Made by a program: the position numbers and the translations under genes
The notes under the pieces: generated by a model
Databases searched by the model: none
The model's input: only the letters and a program-made list of their open reading frames with translations
What the model was told of the DNA's origin: nothing
Assembly (NCBI GenBank): GCA_963776245.1
Contig: CAVZLN010000003.1
Span: 1,056,001-1,120,000, forward strand
Reading direction: 5' to 3'
DNA length: 64,000 bases
Origin: Candidatus Eiseniibacteriota bacterium
GTDB lineage: Bacteria; Eisenbacteria; RBG-16-71-46
Shown here: piece by piece, positions 1 to 9,669 of the stretch
How the letters are laid out: the number at the start of each line of letters is the position of its first letter
How positions within the stretch are numbered: the stretch's first letter is position 1

Positions 1-1
1 G

Positions 2-460
2 GGGCTGGCCTCGGGCCGCGTCGAGCGGCTCGGCGTGGCGGACCTGCGCGGCCGCTGCGCGTTCCGCGAGCAGGTCACGCGATTGGTGTGCGTCGAAGGC
101 TGGAGTGCGGTCGCGTGGTGGGGAGGGGTGCGCTTCGCCGACGTGCTCGCCGCGTTCCCGCCCGCGCCCGGCGCGCGCTGGGCGGCGCTGCGCTCGGAGG
201 TGAACCTCGACGGCCGCGGCGCGCCGGACCCGTACTACGTCTCGATCGATCTCGAAACCGCGCGCCACGCGCAGGTGCTGCTGGCCACGCATCACGATGG
301 CAGGCCGCTCACGCTCGAGCACGGCGCCCCGCTGCGACTGCTGGCGCCGATGAAATTGGGGCTCAAGAACATCAAGGCCATCACCGGGATCGCGTACTCG
401 GCGAGCGAGCCGCCCGACTACTGGAACGAGCGCGGGTACTCGCGCTACGACGGGCTGTAG
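2..460 (+). CDS. Molybdopterin-dependent oxidoreductase, sulfite oxidase/MsrP(YedY)-like (5' partial)
   Basis: Frame open from the window start. Motifs CVEGWS, LTLEHGAPLRL, KLGLKNIKAI and DYWNERGY are typical of the Oxidored_molyb domain. Confidence 0.85.
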   Translation, partial: GLASGRVERLGVADLRGRCAFREQVTRLVCVEGWSAVAWWGGVRFADVLAAFPPAPGARWAALRSEVNLDGRGAPDPYYVSIDLETARHAQVLLATHHDGRPLTLEHGAPLRLLAPMKLGLKNIKAITGIAYSASEPPDYWNERGYSRYDGL

Positions 461-475
461 CCCCGGCCCCGGTCT

Positions 476-2155
476 TCAGCGTGCCGAGGCCGCTGTGCGT
501 GCCTCGTCCGCCCGCCACCCGCGGTCGATCGCCACCCGCGTGAGCGGGTGCACGTCGAGCGGCGTGTTGAAGATGCCGCCCACGTAGGGCTTCACCAGCT
601 CGGTGGTGGAGTAGTGGTAGATCGGGATCAGCGGGCACTGATCGAGCAGCAGCGACTCGGCCGCGGCGAGCGTGCGCAGGCGCCGCGCGGGGTCGGGGTC
701 GGCGGCCGCGGCGCTCAGCAGCGCGTCGTAGCGCGGATCGCCCCATCCGGTGCGGTTGTTGCCGTCGCCGCTCGTCCAGCAGGCGAGGAAGGAGTTCGGG
801 TCGGGGTAGTCGCCGATCCACGAGCGCCGCGCCACGTCGTACTTGAGCCCCGCGACCGCCTCCATGGTGGACGCCCATTCCATGTTGCGCAGCTCGACGT
901 CGATGCCGAGCACGCGCTTCCACATCGCCTGCACCGCTTCGGCGATACGACGATGGTCCTCGCTGGTGCTGAACACGATGGCGATGGACGGAAAGCCGCG
1001 GCCGCCGGGATAGCCCGCCTTCGCCAGGCACGCGCGGGCGCGCGCGGGGTCGTAGCCGATGCCGCGGGGAGCGGTGTAGCCGGCGTATCCGGAGGGCGTG
1101 ACGTTGCCCCACGGGTCGCGGCTCCCCTTGAGCAGGTCGTGGGCGATCGCGTCGCGGTCGATCGCCAGGTTGAGCGCGCGGCGCACCCACACGTCGCCGG
1201 TGGGCCGGCGCGTCACGTTGAGCGAGTAGAAGTAGGTGCCCTGATAGCGCCCGTGGCGGAAGTCGGCGAAGCGCCGCATCGACGGGACGAACGACGACGG
1301 GATGCTCCCGCTGGGGTTCCAGTCGAGCACGCCGGCCTTGTAGAGATTGGTCGAGGTGTTGAGGTCGTCCACGGTGTACGCGCGGATGCCGCGCAGCGTC
1401 ACGCTCGACGCGTCCCAGTAGCGCGGATTGGGCGCGAACGCGAAGTGGTCATTTTGCCGCCAGCGCGACAGCACGAAGCCGCCGTTCGAGAGCATGTGTC
1501 CCGGCTGGGTCCACGCCGCGCCCCAGCGCTCGATCGCGTGCCGCGGCACCGGCAGGAACGGCGTGAACGAGGTGAGCGCGACGAAGTAGGCGGTGGGCCG
1601 CGCCAGCCGCACCACCAGCGTGCTCTCGTCGGGCGCCGCGATCCCCAGGCCGGCCGAGTCGCCCGGCGCGCCCCGGTTGAAGGCCGCGGCGCCGACGATC
1701 GGATCGAAGGTGCCGGCGTTGCGCGCCGCGGTCTCCGGGCGCAGCACGCGCCGCCACGACCACTCGAAGTCGCGCGCGGTGAGCGGGGTGCCGTCGCTCC
1801 ATGCGAGCCCGGGGCGCAGGTGAAAGGTGTAGGTCCGCCCGTCGTCGCTCACGTCCCAGCGGTACGCCTGTCCCGGCAGGTTGGGCCCGCCACGCGGATC
1901 GTCGGCGGTGAGGCCCTCGAGCAGGATGTGGCACACGCGCCCGTCGGGCTGGCCGGTCGCGAGCGCCGGATCGATGGTCTCGGGCTCGGCGCCGAGGTTG
2001 AACGTGAACACGCCGTCGGCGGGCGGGGAGATGTCGCCGAAGTAGGCGACCGGCTGGGCACCCGCGGGAGCGCGCGCGGGAGCGCAGCCGGACGAGAGCG
2101 CGAGCAGCGCGGCGGCCAGCGCGGCGAGAGCGGAGAGGCGCGTGCGGTGAGCCAC
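476..2155 (-). CDS. oppA: Oligopeptide ABC transporter substrate-binding lipoprotein (family 5)
   Basis: C-terminal part of ORF 476..3460. Lipobox LALSSGC; EPETIDPA, TYTFHLRPGLAWSDG.PLTA.DF, VRRALNLAIDR, WIGDYPDP. GTG start at 2155 chosen (alternative ATG 2212). Confidence 0.9.
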   Translation of the reverse strand: MAHRTRLSALAALAAALLALSSGCAPARAPAGAQPVAYFGDISPPADGVFTFNLGAEPETIDPALATGQPDGRVCHILLEGLTADDPRGGPNLPGQAYRWDVSDDGRTYTFHLRPGLAWSDGTPLTARDFEWSWRRVLRPETAARNAGTFDPIVGAAAFNRGAPGDSAGLGIAAPDESTLVVRLARPTAYFVALTSFTPFLPVPRHAIERWGAAWTQPGHMLSNGGFVLSRWRQNDHFAFAPNPRYWDASSVTLRGIRAYTVDDLNTSTNLYKAGVLDWNPSGSIPSSFVPSMRRFADFRHGRYQGTYFYSLNVTRRPTGDVWVRRALNLAIDRDAIAHDLLKGSRDPWGNVTPSGYAGYTAPRGIGYDPARARACLAKAGYPGGRGFPSIAIVFSTSEDHRRIAEAVQAMWKRVLGIDVELRNMEWASTMEAVAGLKYDVARRSWIGDYPDPNSFLACWTSGDGNNRTGWGDPRYDALLSAAAADPDPARRLRTLAAAESLLLDQCPLIPIYHYSTTELVKPYVGGIFNTPLDVHPLTRVAIDRGWRADEARTAASAR

Positions 2156-2287
2156 GGTGTCGGAAGATAGCACGCGCTCGATGACAGGGGATCGAGGATG
2201 GAATAGTCTCATGGCGTTCGCATCACCCTGGTCCGCGGCGCCGCGCGCCGCCTGGCCGACCGATCCCGACCGGGAGAGGAGAGGGCC

Positions 2288-3463
2288 ATGCGTCACCGAT
2301 CCGTTCTGGCACTCGTGTCCGCCGTCCTTGCGCTCACCGTCGGTCCCGCCCTGGGTGTCGCGCGGTCGCAGGGGAGCGGCCCTTCGGCGGAAGAGCGACC
2401 GCCCGCGCCCGGCGAGTACATCTACTTCGACCAGATGCCCGAGGCGATCCAGAAGATACCTCCGGTCTACCCGCAACTCGCTCGTGACGCCGGCGTCTTT
2501 GGGAACGTGACCGTGCAAGCGCTGGTGGGGCGGGACGGGCTGGTCAAGGATACGAAGGTCACCAAGTCCATCCCCCTGCTGGATGACGCGGCCATCGAAT
2601 GCGTGCGGCAGTGGCGCTTCAGACCGGCGCTGAGTGAAGGCAAGCCGATCTCGGTCTGGGTCTCGATCCCGGTGCGGTTCAACCCCGGACCCACGCCGGC
2701 ACCCGGCACGGGAGCCCGGATCGCGCCCGACGGTCCACGACCGCGGCCCACACCGCCGCCGGTCGTCGGCCGCAGGATAGCGCCCGACCAGTATCCGACG
2801 CCGGTGGTTATCCGCCGTGTGTTCGGTGCCGCGGTGGGGTTCGCGATCGAGCCCATGGGCGTCTTTCTGGGCTTCCTGGAGGACGGCGTCTGTTGGGGCG
2901 TGTTCCGCGGTCACGATGGCGGCGGCACGTTCCGCGCGGTGCGCACGACCGACGGCCGCTACCACGCTCAGGGCGAGTACACGCAGGGCCGCCGTGGACG
3001 ATTCGACGGGGACTGGAGATTCATCGACGAGATCCCCGAGGTGCGCAGGACGCCGGAGCCCGCGGAGCACACGGTATGGCCGCCGGGCCGCTCGCCCGAT
3101 CCGCGACGCGAGCCGCCCCCCTCCTTCGATCACCCCATCGGGCCGCCCGAGCACGTGGACGACGGCCCGATGCCGGGGACCGGCGATCGCATCGTCCTCG
3201 ACACGTGGCCCGAACCGACGCGGAAGACGGCGCCTGAATACCCGGCCGAAGCACGCATCCGCGGCATCCAGGGCACGGTGGCGGTCCAGGCGCTGGTCGA
3301 TCGCAACGGCGTGGTGCGCGAGGCGCGGGTCGTGAACTCGATCCCCGCGCTCGATGCCGCCGCGCTCGAGGCCGTGCGCCAGTGGCGCTTCCCGCCGGCC
3401 ACCTCTGCCGGCAGGCCGGCGGCCTTCTGGATCGTCGTCCCGGTGAAGTTCCTGCTGCACTGA
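2288..3463 (+). CDS. TonB C-terminal-domain protein with two TonB_C domains
   Basis: Signal peptide, then two YP..A...G..G.V.VQALV...G.V....V..SIP.LD.AA...VRQWRF.PA repeats separated by an unrelated middle region. RBS GAGGAG. Confidence 0.85.
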   Translation: MRHRSVLALVSAVLALTVGPALGVARSQGSGPSAEERPPAPGEYIYFDQMPEAIQKIPPVYPQLARDAGVFGNVTVQALVGRDGLVKDTKVTKSIPLLDDAAIECVRQWRFRPALSEGKPISVWVSIPVRFNPGPTPAPGTGARIAPDGPRPRPTPPPVVGRRIAPDQYPTPVVIRRVFGAAVGFAIEPMGVFLGFLEDGVCWGVFRGHDGGGTFRAVRTTDGRYHAQGEYTQGRRGRFDGDWRFIDEIPEVRRTPEPAEHTVWPPGRSPDPRREPPPSFDHPIGPPEHVDDGPMPGTGDRIVLDTWPEPTRKTAPEYPAEARIRGIQGTVAVQALVDRNGVVREARVVNSIPALDAAALEAVRQWRFPPATSAGRPAAFWIVVPVKFLLH

Positions 3464-3486
3464 TCGACGTGAGACCCGTGGCGGCG

Positions 3487-4524
3487 ATGGAGCGGATCCT
3501 CGTATGGCGCACCCTGCGGGTCGTCATCGTCCCGCTCGTGCTCGCGATCCCCGTGCAACCGCTCTCGCGGCGGGCCGGCGCGGAGATCCCGGACGACTCC
3601 CGCGTGGAGACGCTGTCGGCGCCAGCGCCCGAGCCGGCAGCGGCCGACAGCGAGATGGCGCGACTGCGCGGGGCGCTCCGGCAGCATGACGCCGCCGGGG
3701 GCTCGCGCCGTGAGGCGGATTCCGTCGCCGTGGAGTTGGCCCGGCTGTACAACGGCTCCGCCCGGTACGACAGCACGATCGCTCTGCTCGCCCCGCGCGC
3801 GACCGACCCGGCGGACTCGCCCAACGTCTGGGATCCACAGGTGAACTGGTATCTGGGAGTGGCGTACGAGGTGGCGGGGCGGCTCGACGAGGCGGTCGGC
3901 GCGTTCATCCATCACGCGGCGGCGTACGGCGACACCGCGACCCCGCCGCGCCTGCGCGACGTGTACCGGCGACGCCACCGCACGCTCGAGGGGCTCGACC
4001 GGCGGCTCGCCGACGCGCGCGAGGTGTCGCGGCGCCGGCGAGTGTTCGACCTGCCACGCGTGGACACGCCGGCGCCGGAATGGGCGCTGCCGGCGCTCGA
4101 CGGCCGTCGCGTGCGGCGCAGCAGCAGGTTCGAGGGACGCATGGTGGCGCTCGAGTTCTGGGACACCGAGTGCGCGGCGTGCCTCGAGGCACTGCCCCGG
4201 TTCGCCGCGCTGGCGAAGGACCCGCGCTTCGCGCGCGTCACCTTCCTGACGGTGCATCGCGAACCACCCGGGGGCGAGCCCGGCGCCCGGGAGCGAGCGC
4301 GTGCGCTCATGCGCGAGCGCGGCTGGTCGTTCCCGGTGCTGTGCGACACCGCCGGCGCGACGGCGGCGGCGTTCGGGGTGGTGTCCCTCCCGACCGCGGT
4401 GGTGATCGACCGCAATGGCCGCGTGCGCTATCGCACCACCGGCGACACACCCGACGCCGCCATCCTGCGCGACCAACTGGCCGACCTCGTCGAGGAAGCC
4501 GCGGCCCCGCAGTCCCTGCGCTGA
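3487..4524 (+). CDS. TlpA/ResA-like thiol-disulfide oxidoreductase with N-terminal TPR-like region
   Basis: Signal peptide; APEWALPALDG, LEFWDTECAAC (CxxC), FGVVSLPTAVVIDRNGRVRY. Confidence 0.8.
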   Translation: MERILVWRTLRVVIVPLVLAIPVQPLSRRAGAEIPDDSRVETLSAPAPEPAAADSEMARLRGALRQHDAAGGSRREADSVAVELARLYNGSARYDSTIALLAPRATDPADSPNVWDPQVNWYLGVAYEVAGRLDEAVGAFIHHAAAYGDTATPPRLRDVYRRRHRTLEGLDRRLADAREVSRRRRVFDLPRVDTPAPEWALPALDGRRVRRSSRFEGRMVALEFWDTECAACLEALPRFAALAKDPRFARVTFLTVHREPPGGEPGARERARALMRERGWSFPVLCDTAGATAAAFGVVSLPTAVVIDRNGRVRYRTTGDTPDAAILRDQLADLVEEAAAPQSLR

Positions 4525-4657
4525 GCGCGGACACGTCGTTGCTGACCCGTGACCGGATCTCGGCTACCCTCCGTGCATCGGCCCGCGCCCCCGAGGCGCC
4601 CGCGCGAACCCTGCTCGCGCCCGCAGGCCACCTCACCCGACCGGGGAGGAAACCGCG

Positions 4658-5413
4658 ATGCGAAGTTGCGCTGTCGTCATCATGGTCCTGATCGCGACGC
4701 TCGGCGCGTCGACAGGGGCCCAGACCTCGGGATCCGAGAACCCATCGCCCGCAGGCGAGCCGCCCTATTTCGAGCAATTGCCCGAGGCCATCGCCAAGGT
4801 CGAGCCGACCTACCCGGAAATCGCGTTGGAAGCAGGCATCGATGGGGAGGTCACGGTCAAGGCGCTGGTGGGCCGGGACGGAAGCGTGGTGGACGTGCGC
4901 GTCGTGAAGAGCATCCCGATGCTCGACGCCGCAGCGATCCGCTGCGCGCGCCAATGGCGTTTCAAGCCCGCGATCGTCGACGGCAAGCCGGTCGCGGTCT
5001 GGGTGGCGATCCCACTGCGATTCGTCCTTCCGCCGGTGAGGCGAACGGGCGGGATCATCGACGGTATCCCTGCGTATCCGGCCGAGCCTACCCACCCTCG
5101 GTTCGAACCGCGCGTGATCCATCTCGAGGCCCCGGTGTATCCGGAACTGGCGTGCGAAGCGCGGGTCGAGGGAACGGTGGGGGTCCTCGCCCACGTGCTG
5201 CGCGACGGGGCGGTGGGTGAGGTGAAGATCATCCGCTCGAGCCCGATGCTGGATGCGGCGGCGAGGGATTGCGCCCGACGGTGGCGCTTCATCGTTCCAC
5301 CCGCGACGGTCCGGCCCGAGTCCACATGGGTGGTCCTCGAGTTCCCCTTCACATTGCCGAAGTGCCTCGGCGAATCCTCCGGGGCTCGGTTCAAGACCGC
5401 CCCGCCGCGGTAG
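4658..5413 (+). CDS. TonB C-terminal-domain protein with two TonB_C domains (paralogue of 2288..3463)
   Basis: Signal peptide; two YPE.A.EA...G.V.V.A.V..DG.V..V....S.PMLDAAA..CAR.WRF repeats. RBS GGAGG. Confidence 0.85.
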   Translation: MRSCAVVIMVLIATLGASTGAQTSGSENPSPAGEPPYFEQLPEAIAKVEPTYPEIALEAGIDGEVTVKALVGRDGSVVDVRVVKSIPMLDAAAIRCARQWRFKPAIVDGKPVAVWVAIPLRFVLPPVRRTGGIIDGIPAYPAEPTHPRFEPRVIHLEAPVYPELACEARVEGTVGVLAHVLRDGAVGEVKIIRSSPMLDAAARDCARRWRFIVPPATVRPESTWVVLEFPFTLPKCLGESSGARFKTAPPR

Positions 5414-5548
5414 CATCCCCGGGCGCCCGGTCCGATTGGCGGGGCTCGCGCCGCACGCGGTAGACTGCCGGCCGCGCGCAGGTGCCGCGTGCGCGCGTGC
5501 CGTCGCATCGCTCGAACGACTGCCGGGACGAGATCCCGTGATCCCTCC

Positions 5549-7867
5549 ATGCCGAAGACCCTCGCGCGGAAGCGCTCCCGCGGCACCCCGGTCGTCCACC
5601 GCACCACCTCGGTCGGTGTGGACGTCCCGCGCGTCGAGGGCGCCGACAAACTCACCGGCCGCGCCCTTTACCTCGACGACCTGACCGTCCCCGGCGTGCT
5701 CCACGGCCGCACCGTGCGCACCACCATCGCGCGCGGGAGTATCCGCTCGATCACGCTCGATCCCGCGTTCGACTGGTCGAAGGTCGTGGTGGTGGACCAC
5801 CGCGACATCCCGGGGCCCAACGCGATCGCGCACATCGTCGCCGACCAGCCATGCCTGGTGTCCGGGGTGGTGAGCCATGCGGAGGAGCCGGTCATGCTGG
5901 TGGCGGCCGAGACGGCCGAACTGGCGGAGGCCGCGGCGCGCGCGGTGCGCATCGAATACGACGCGCTCGAGCCGGTGCTCTCCGTGGAGGACTCGCTGGC
6001 GTGCCGCGCGGTGATCCACGGCGCGAACAACGTGCTCAAGGAGGTCACCATCGCGCGCGGCGACCTGGAGCGCGGGTTCGCCGAGGCGGACACGGTGGTC
6101 GAGGGGGTGTACCGCACCGGCCACCAGGAGCACGTCTACATCGAGAACAACGGCATGGTCGCCGAGCGCACCGCCGACGGGGGCCTCGTGGTGCGCGGCT
6201 CGCTCCAGTGCCCGTACTACGTGCACCACTCGCTCATGCACCTGTTCGGCCTGCCGGCCGAGAAGGTGCGCGTGATCCAGACCGTGACCGGCGGCGGCTT
6301 CGGCGGCAAGGAGGACTACCCGTCGATGATCGCCGCCCACGCGGCGCTGCTGGCATGGAAGAGCGGCCGGCCGGTGAAGATCGTGTACGACCGTGCCGAG
6401 GACATCGCCGCCACCACCAAGCGCCATCCCTCGCAGGTGCGCATCCGCACCGGCGTGAAGCGCGACGGCACGCTCACGGCGTTCGAGGCCGAGGTGCTCA
6501 TGGACGGCGGCGCGTTCGTGACGCTCTCGCCGGTGGTGCTCTCGCGCGGCGCCCTGCACGCGATGGGGCCGTACCGCTGCGAGAACGCGCGCGTGCATGC
6601 CCGCGCCATGGCCACCAACACGCCGCCCAATGGCGCGTTCCGCGGGTTCGGCGCGCCGCAGACGCTGTTCGCGGCCGAGTGCCACATGGACCGCATCGCC
6701 GCGGCGCTGGGCATGGACCCGGTGGCGCTGCGCCGCCGCAACGCGCTGCGCGTGGGCGACGTGACGCACACCGGCCAGACGCTCACCGTCAGCGTCGCGG
6801 CCCACGAGGTGCTGGAGGCCGCGGTGAAGCGCGTCGGCTGGAGCGCGGCGCGACGCCGCATCGAGCGCTCGAACGCCGCGGCCGACGCGGCCGAGCGCCG
6901 CGGCCGCGTGGCCCCGGGCGCGGGGCGGAAACGCCGCGGGCTGGGGCTCTCGCTGGTGCACCACGGCGCCGGGTTCACCGGCAGCGGCGAGGTGTTCCTG
7001 AACTCGCTGGCGGCGATGGACCTGCTGCCCGACGGGCGGCCGCGCGTGCTGGTGGCCAACACCGAGATCGGCCAGGGGGCGACCACGATCTTCAGCCAGA
7101 TCGCGGGCGAGGCGCTGGGCGTGCCGTCGTCGCTGGTGGTGATCGAGAACCCCGACACGGCGCATGTGCCGAACAGCGGCCCGACGGTGGCCTCGCGCAC
7201 CACCATGGTGGTGGGCGGGCTGGTGCAGCAGTGCGCCGAGGAGCTGCGCCGCCGCCTCGAGCTGTTCGCCGAGCGCGCGCTCGACGAGGGCGCCGACTTC
7301 CTGCGCGTGGCGAGGCGCTTCGTGCGGGAGCGCGGCGGGCTGCGGGTCGAGCGCCGCTACCAGCCGCCGCCGGGCATCTCGTGGGACGATCGGCACTATC
7401 GCGGCGACGCGTACGGCTGCTTCGGGTACGAGAGCTGCGTGGTCGAGGTCGAGGTGGACCTCGACACCGGCGAGATCCGCGTGGTGGACGCCTGGATCGC
7501 CATCGACATCGGCACCGTCATCCATCCGCGGCTGGCGGCCGGCCAGGTGGAGGGCGGCACGCTGCAGGCGCTGGGCTGGGCGCTGCTCGAGGAGGTGCGC
7601 TGGACGGACGGGCGCATCGGGAACGCGTCGCTCACCAACTACATCATCCCGACCGCCGCCGACGCGCCTCCGATCCACGTCGAGTTCGTGCCGGCGCCGT
7701 ACGCGCACGGCGCGTTCGGCGCCAAGGGGGTGGGCGAGCTGCCGATGGACGCGCCGGCGCCGGCGGTGATCGAGGCGATCGCGCACGCCACCGGCGCGCG
7801 CCTCGACCGGATCCCGGCGAGCCCCGAGCGCGTGCTACGGGCGATCGCGGAGGGCCGCGCACGATGA
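5549..7867 (+). CDS. Xanthine dehydrogenase/aldehyde oxidoreductase family molybdopterin-binding (large) subunit
   Basis: GGGFGGKED, GAFRGFGAPQ, TEIGQG, GQVEGG..Q.LG.AL.E, GAKGVGE. Confidence 0.95.
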   Translation: MPKTLARKRSRGTPVVHRTTSVGVDVPRVEGADKLTGRALYLDDLTVPGVLHGRTVRTTIARGSIRSITLDPAFDWSKVVVVDHRDIPGPNAIAHIVADQPCLVSGVVSHAEEPVMLVAAETAELAEAAARAVRIEYDALEPVLSVEDSLACRAVIHGANNVLKEVTIARGDLERGFAEADTVVEGVYRTGHQEHVYIENNGMVAERTADGGLVVRGSLQCPYYVHHSLMHLFGLPAEKVRVIQTVTGGGFGGKEDYPSMIAAHAALLAWKSGRPVKIVYDRAEDIAATTKRHPSQVRIRTGVKRDGTLTAFEAEVLMDGGAFVTLSPVVLSRGALHAMGPYRCENARVHARAMATNTPPNGAFRGFGAPQTLFAAECHMDRIAAALGMDPVALRRRNALRVGDVTHTGQTLTVSVAAHEVLEAAVKRVGWSAARRRIERSNAAADAAERRGRVAPGAGRKRRGLGLSLVHHGAGFTGSGEVFLNSLAAMDLLPDGRPRVLVANTEIGQGATTIFSQIAGEALGVPSSLVVIENPDTAHVPNSGPTVASRTTMVVGGLVQQCAEELRRRLELFAERALDEGADFLRVARRFVRERGGLRVERRYQPPPGISWDDRHYRGDAYGCFGYESCVVEVEVDLDTGEIRVVDAWIAIDIGTVIHPRLAAGQVEGGTLQALGWALLEEVRWTDGRIGNASLTNYIIPTAADAPPIHVEFVPAPYAHGAFGAKGVGELPMDAPAPAVIEAIAHATGARLDRIPASPERVLRAIAEGRAR

Positions 7868-8466
7868 ACCCGCGCATCCCGCTGACGTTCACGGTGAACG
7901 GCGCCAAACGCCGGGTGAGCGCGCCGCCGATGAAGCGCCTGCTCGACGTGCTGCGCGAGGAGTGCGGGCTCACCGGCACCAAGGAAGGATGCGGCGAGGG
8001 CGAGTGCGGCGCGTGCACGGTGCTGCTCGACGGCCGCGCGGTGAACGCGTGCCTGGTGCCCGCGGTGCAGGCCGACGGCGCCCGCATCCTGACGGTCGAG
8101 GGCCTGGCGAAGGGCCCGCGCCTGTCGGTGCTGCAGCAGGCGTTCCTCGACTTCGGCGGCGCCCAGTGCGGCATCTGCACCCCCGGCATGCTGATCACCT
8201 CGGTGGAGCTGCTCGACCGCGCGAAGGGGCGCGTGCCCTCCGAGGACGAGGTGCGCGAGGCGCTCTCCGGGAACCTGTGCCGCTGCACCGGCTACCAGAA
8301 GATCGTGGACGCGGTGCGCGCCGCGGCCAAAGTGGGACGGAAGCCCGCCCCGAAGAAGGCGAGCGCCGCCCGAAAGAGCGCGAAGCGGAAGCGACCGGCG
8401 AAACAGCCGACCGTGACGAAGCGCGCCATCGGGAAGCGCGGGACGACCAGGAGGGCCAGCCGATGA
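7864..8466 (+). CDS. Xanthine dehydrogenase family 2x[2Fe-2S] small subunit with Lys/Arg-rich C-terminal tail
   Basis: GTKEGCGEGECGACTV, QCGICTPG, GNLCRCTGY. ATGA overlap with the large subunit gene. Confidence 0.95.
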   Translation: MNPRIPLTFTVNGAKRRVSAPPMKRLLDVLREECGLTGTKEGCGEGECGACTVLLDGRAVNACLVPAVQADGARILTVEGLAKGPRLSVLQQAFLDFGGAQCGICTPGMLITSVELLDRAKGRVPSEDEVREALSGNLCRCTGYQKIVDAVRAAAKVGRKPAPKKASAARKSAKRKRPAKQPTVTKRAIGKRGTTRRASR

Positions 8467-9350
8467 AGAGCGCGCTCTCCACGCTCGACGTCGTCCGCCC
8501 GCGCGGGCTCGACCACGCGCTGCGCGTCCTTCACGACGAGGGCGGCCGCCTGCGCTGCGTCCCGATCGCCGGGGGCACGGATATCTACGTGGCGCTCAAT
8601 GCCGGGCAGCCGGCGGGCGAGTGCTTCCTCGACCTGTGGGGGCTGCGCGAGCTGCGCGGCGTGCGCGTCCTGAAGGACCGTATCGAGTTCGGCGCGCTCA
8701 CCACCTGGAGCGAGGTGCGCGGACACGCCGCGGTGCGGAGACGGCTGCCCGCGCTCGCGGCGGCCGCCTCCGAGATCGGCGCGTGGCAGATCCAGAACCG
8801 CGGCACGGTCGGGGGCAATATCGCCAACGCGTCGCCCGCGGGGGACTCGCTGCCGGTGCTGCTGTCGTACGACGCGGTGGTGCACCTGCGCTCGGTGCGC
8901 GGCGCGCGCGCGCTGCCGATCGCGGAGCTGTTCCGCGGCTATCGCGCGCTGGCGCTCGAGTCGGACGAGCTGATCGCGGCGGTGAGCGTACCGTTCCCGG
9001 CGCCGCGGGTGTTCCCGTTCTTCCGCAAGGTCGGCACGCGCCGCGCCCAGAGCATCTCGAAGGTGGTGTTCTGCGGGATGCTGCGGGTGACACCCGGCGG
9101 CCGGATCGACCACGTGCGCGTGGCGCTCGGCAGCGTGGCGCCGGTGCCGCTGCGCGCGCGCGCGACCGAGGCGCTGTTGATCGGCGCGGCGCCCGCGCGC
9201 GAGCTGTCGCTGCGCGCGCGCGCCACCCTCGGGCGCGACATCGCCCCGATCGACGACGTGCGCTCGGACCGCGAGTACCGCCTGACCGTGGCGGGCAATG
9301 TGCTCGAGCAGTTCCTGCGCGCCGCGGACGCGCGGTTCGCCGGTCGGTGA
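8463..9350 (+). CDS. Xanthine dehydrogenase family FAD-binding (medium) subunit
   Basis: PIAGGTD, IQNRGTVGGNIANASPAGD, PIDDVRS..EYR. ATGA overlap. Confidence 0.95.
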   Translation: MKSALSTLDVVRPRGLDHALRVLHDEGGRLRCVPIAGGTDIYVALNAGQPAGECFLDLWGLRELRGVRVLKDRIEFGALTTWSEVRGHAAVRRRLPALAAAASEIGAWQIQNRGTVGGNIANASPAGDSLPVLLSYDAVVHLRSVRGARALPIAELFRGYRALALESDELIAAVSVPFPAPRVFPFFRKVGTRRAQSISKVVFCGMLRVTPGGRIDHVRVALGSVAPVPLRARATEALLIGAAPARELSLRARATLGRDIAPIDDVRSDREYRLTVAGNVLEQFLRAADARFAGR

Positions 9351-9387
9351 CCATGCCGCGCCCATCGCTGGCCCCGCGGGTGGCGGC

Positions 9388-9552
9388 ATGATCCGCTGGA
9401 TGATGGTGCTGCTGGGGAGCAGCGTCGGGGGCGCGATCGGCTGGTGGCTCGGCGCGTTCGCGGGGCAGATGACCGCGTTCTTCGTGAGCCTGGTGGGCAC
9501 CGCGGCGGGGGTGTACTTCGCGAACCGCCTCGCCCGCCACTATCTCCCCTGA
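9388..9552 (+). CDS. Small hypothetical membrane protein (54 aa)
   Basis: Two hydrophobic Gly-rich helices (LLGSSVGGAIGWWLG; FFVSLVGTAAGVYFA). Confidence 0.6.
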   Translation: MIRWMMVLLGSSVGGAIGWWLGAFAGQMTAFFVSLVGTAAGVYFANRLARHYLP

Positions 9553-9642
9553 GACCCCGCCCCGGCGCCCCGCTCCGGCGCCCCCAAGCCACCGCCGCGC
9601 ACCGCTTTCGCCACCGTTGCCGGCGGCGCCGCGAGGAACCGT

Positions 9643-9669
9643 TCAGAACCCCGGGCCCCGCGCCGATAA
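9643..9669 (+). promoter_or_regulatory. Putative sigma28 (FliA/WhiG)-type promoter
   Basis: TCAG-N15-GCCGATAA: perfect sigma28 -10 octamer with canonical spacing, in the intergenic region upstream of the TPR-GT4 genes. Confidence 0.5.

Noticed and set aside
4307..7786. Very long antisense/alternate-frame ORFs (e.g. 4307..7786 -, 11341..13665 -, 47839..51423 -, 59563..61713 +)
   Set aside because: Shadow ORFs expected at this GC content: Arg/Ala/Pro-rich, no motifs, and they overlap well-supported genes.
5851..8466. Apparent large fusion ORFs in the track (5851..8466, 16026..18464, 25036..27636, 30933..33974, 38883..41903, 42630..45737, 59131..62295, 476..3460)
   Set aside because: Only the C-terminal portions are real proteins. 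The N-terminal extensions are off-frame read-through over the neighbouring gene, and true starts mostly sit at stop/start overlaps.
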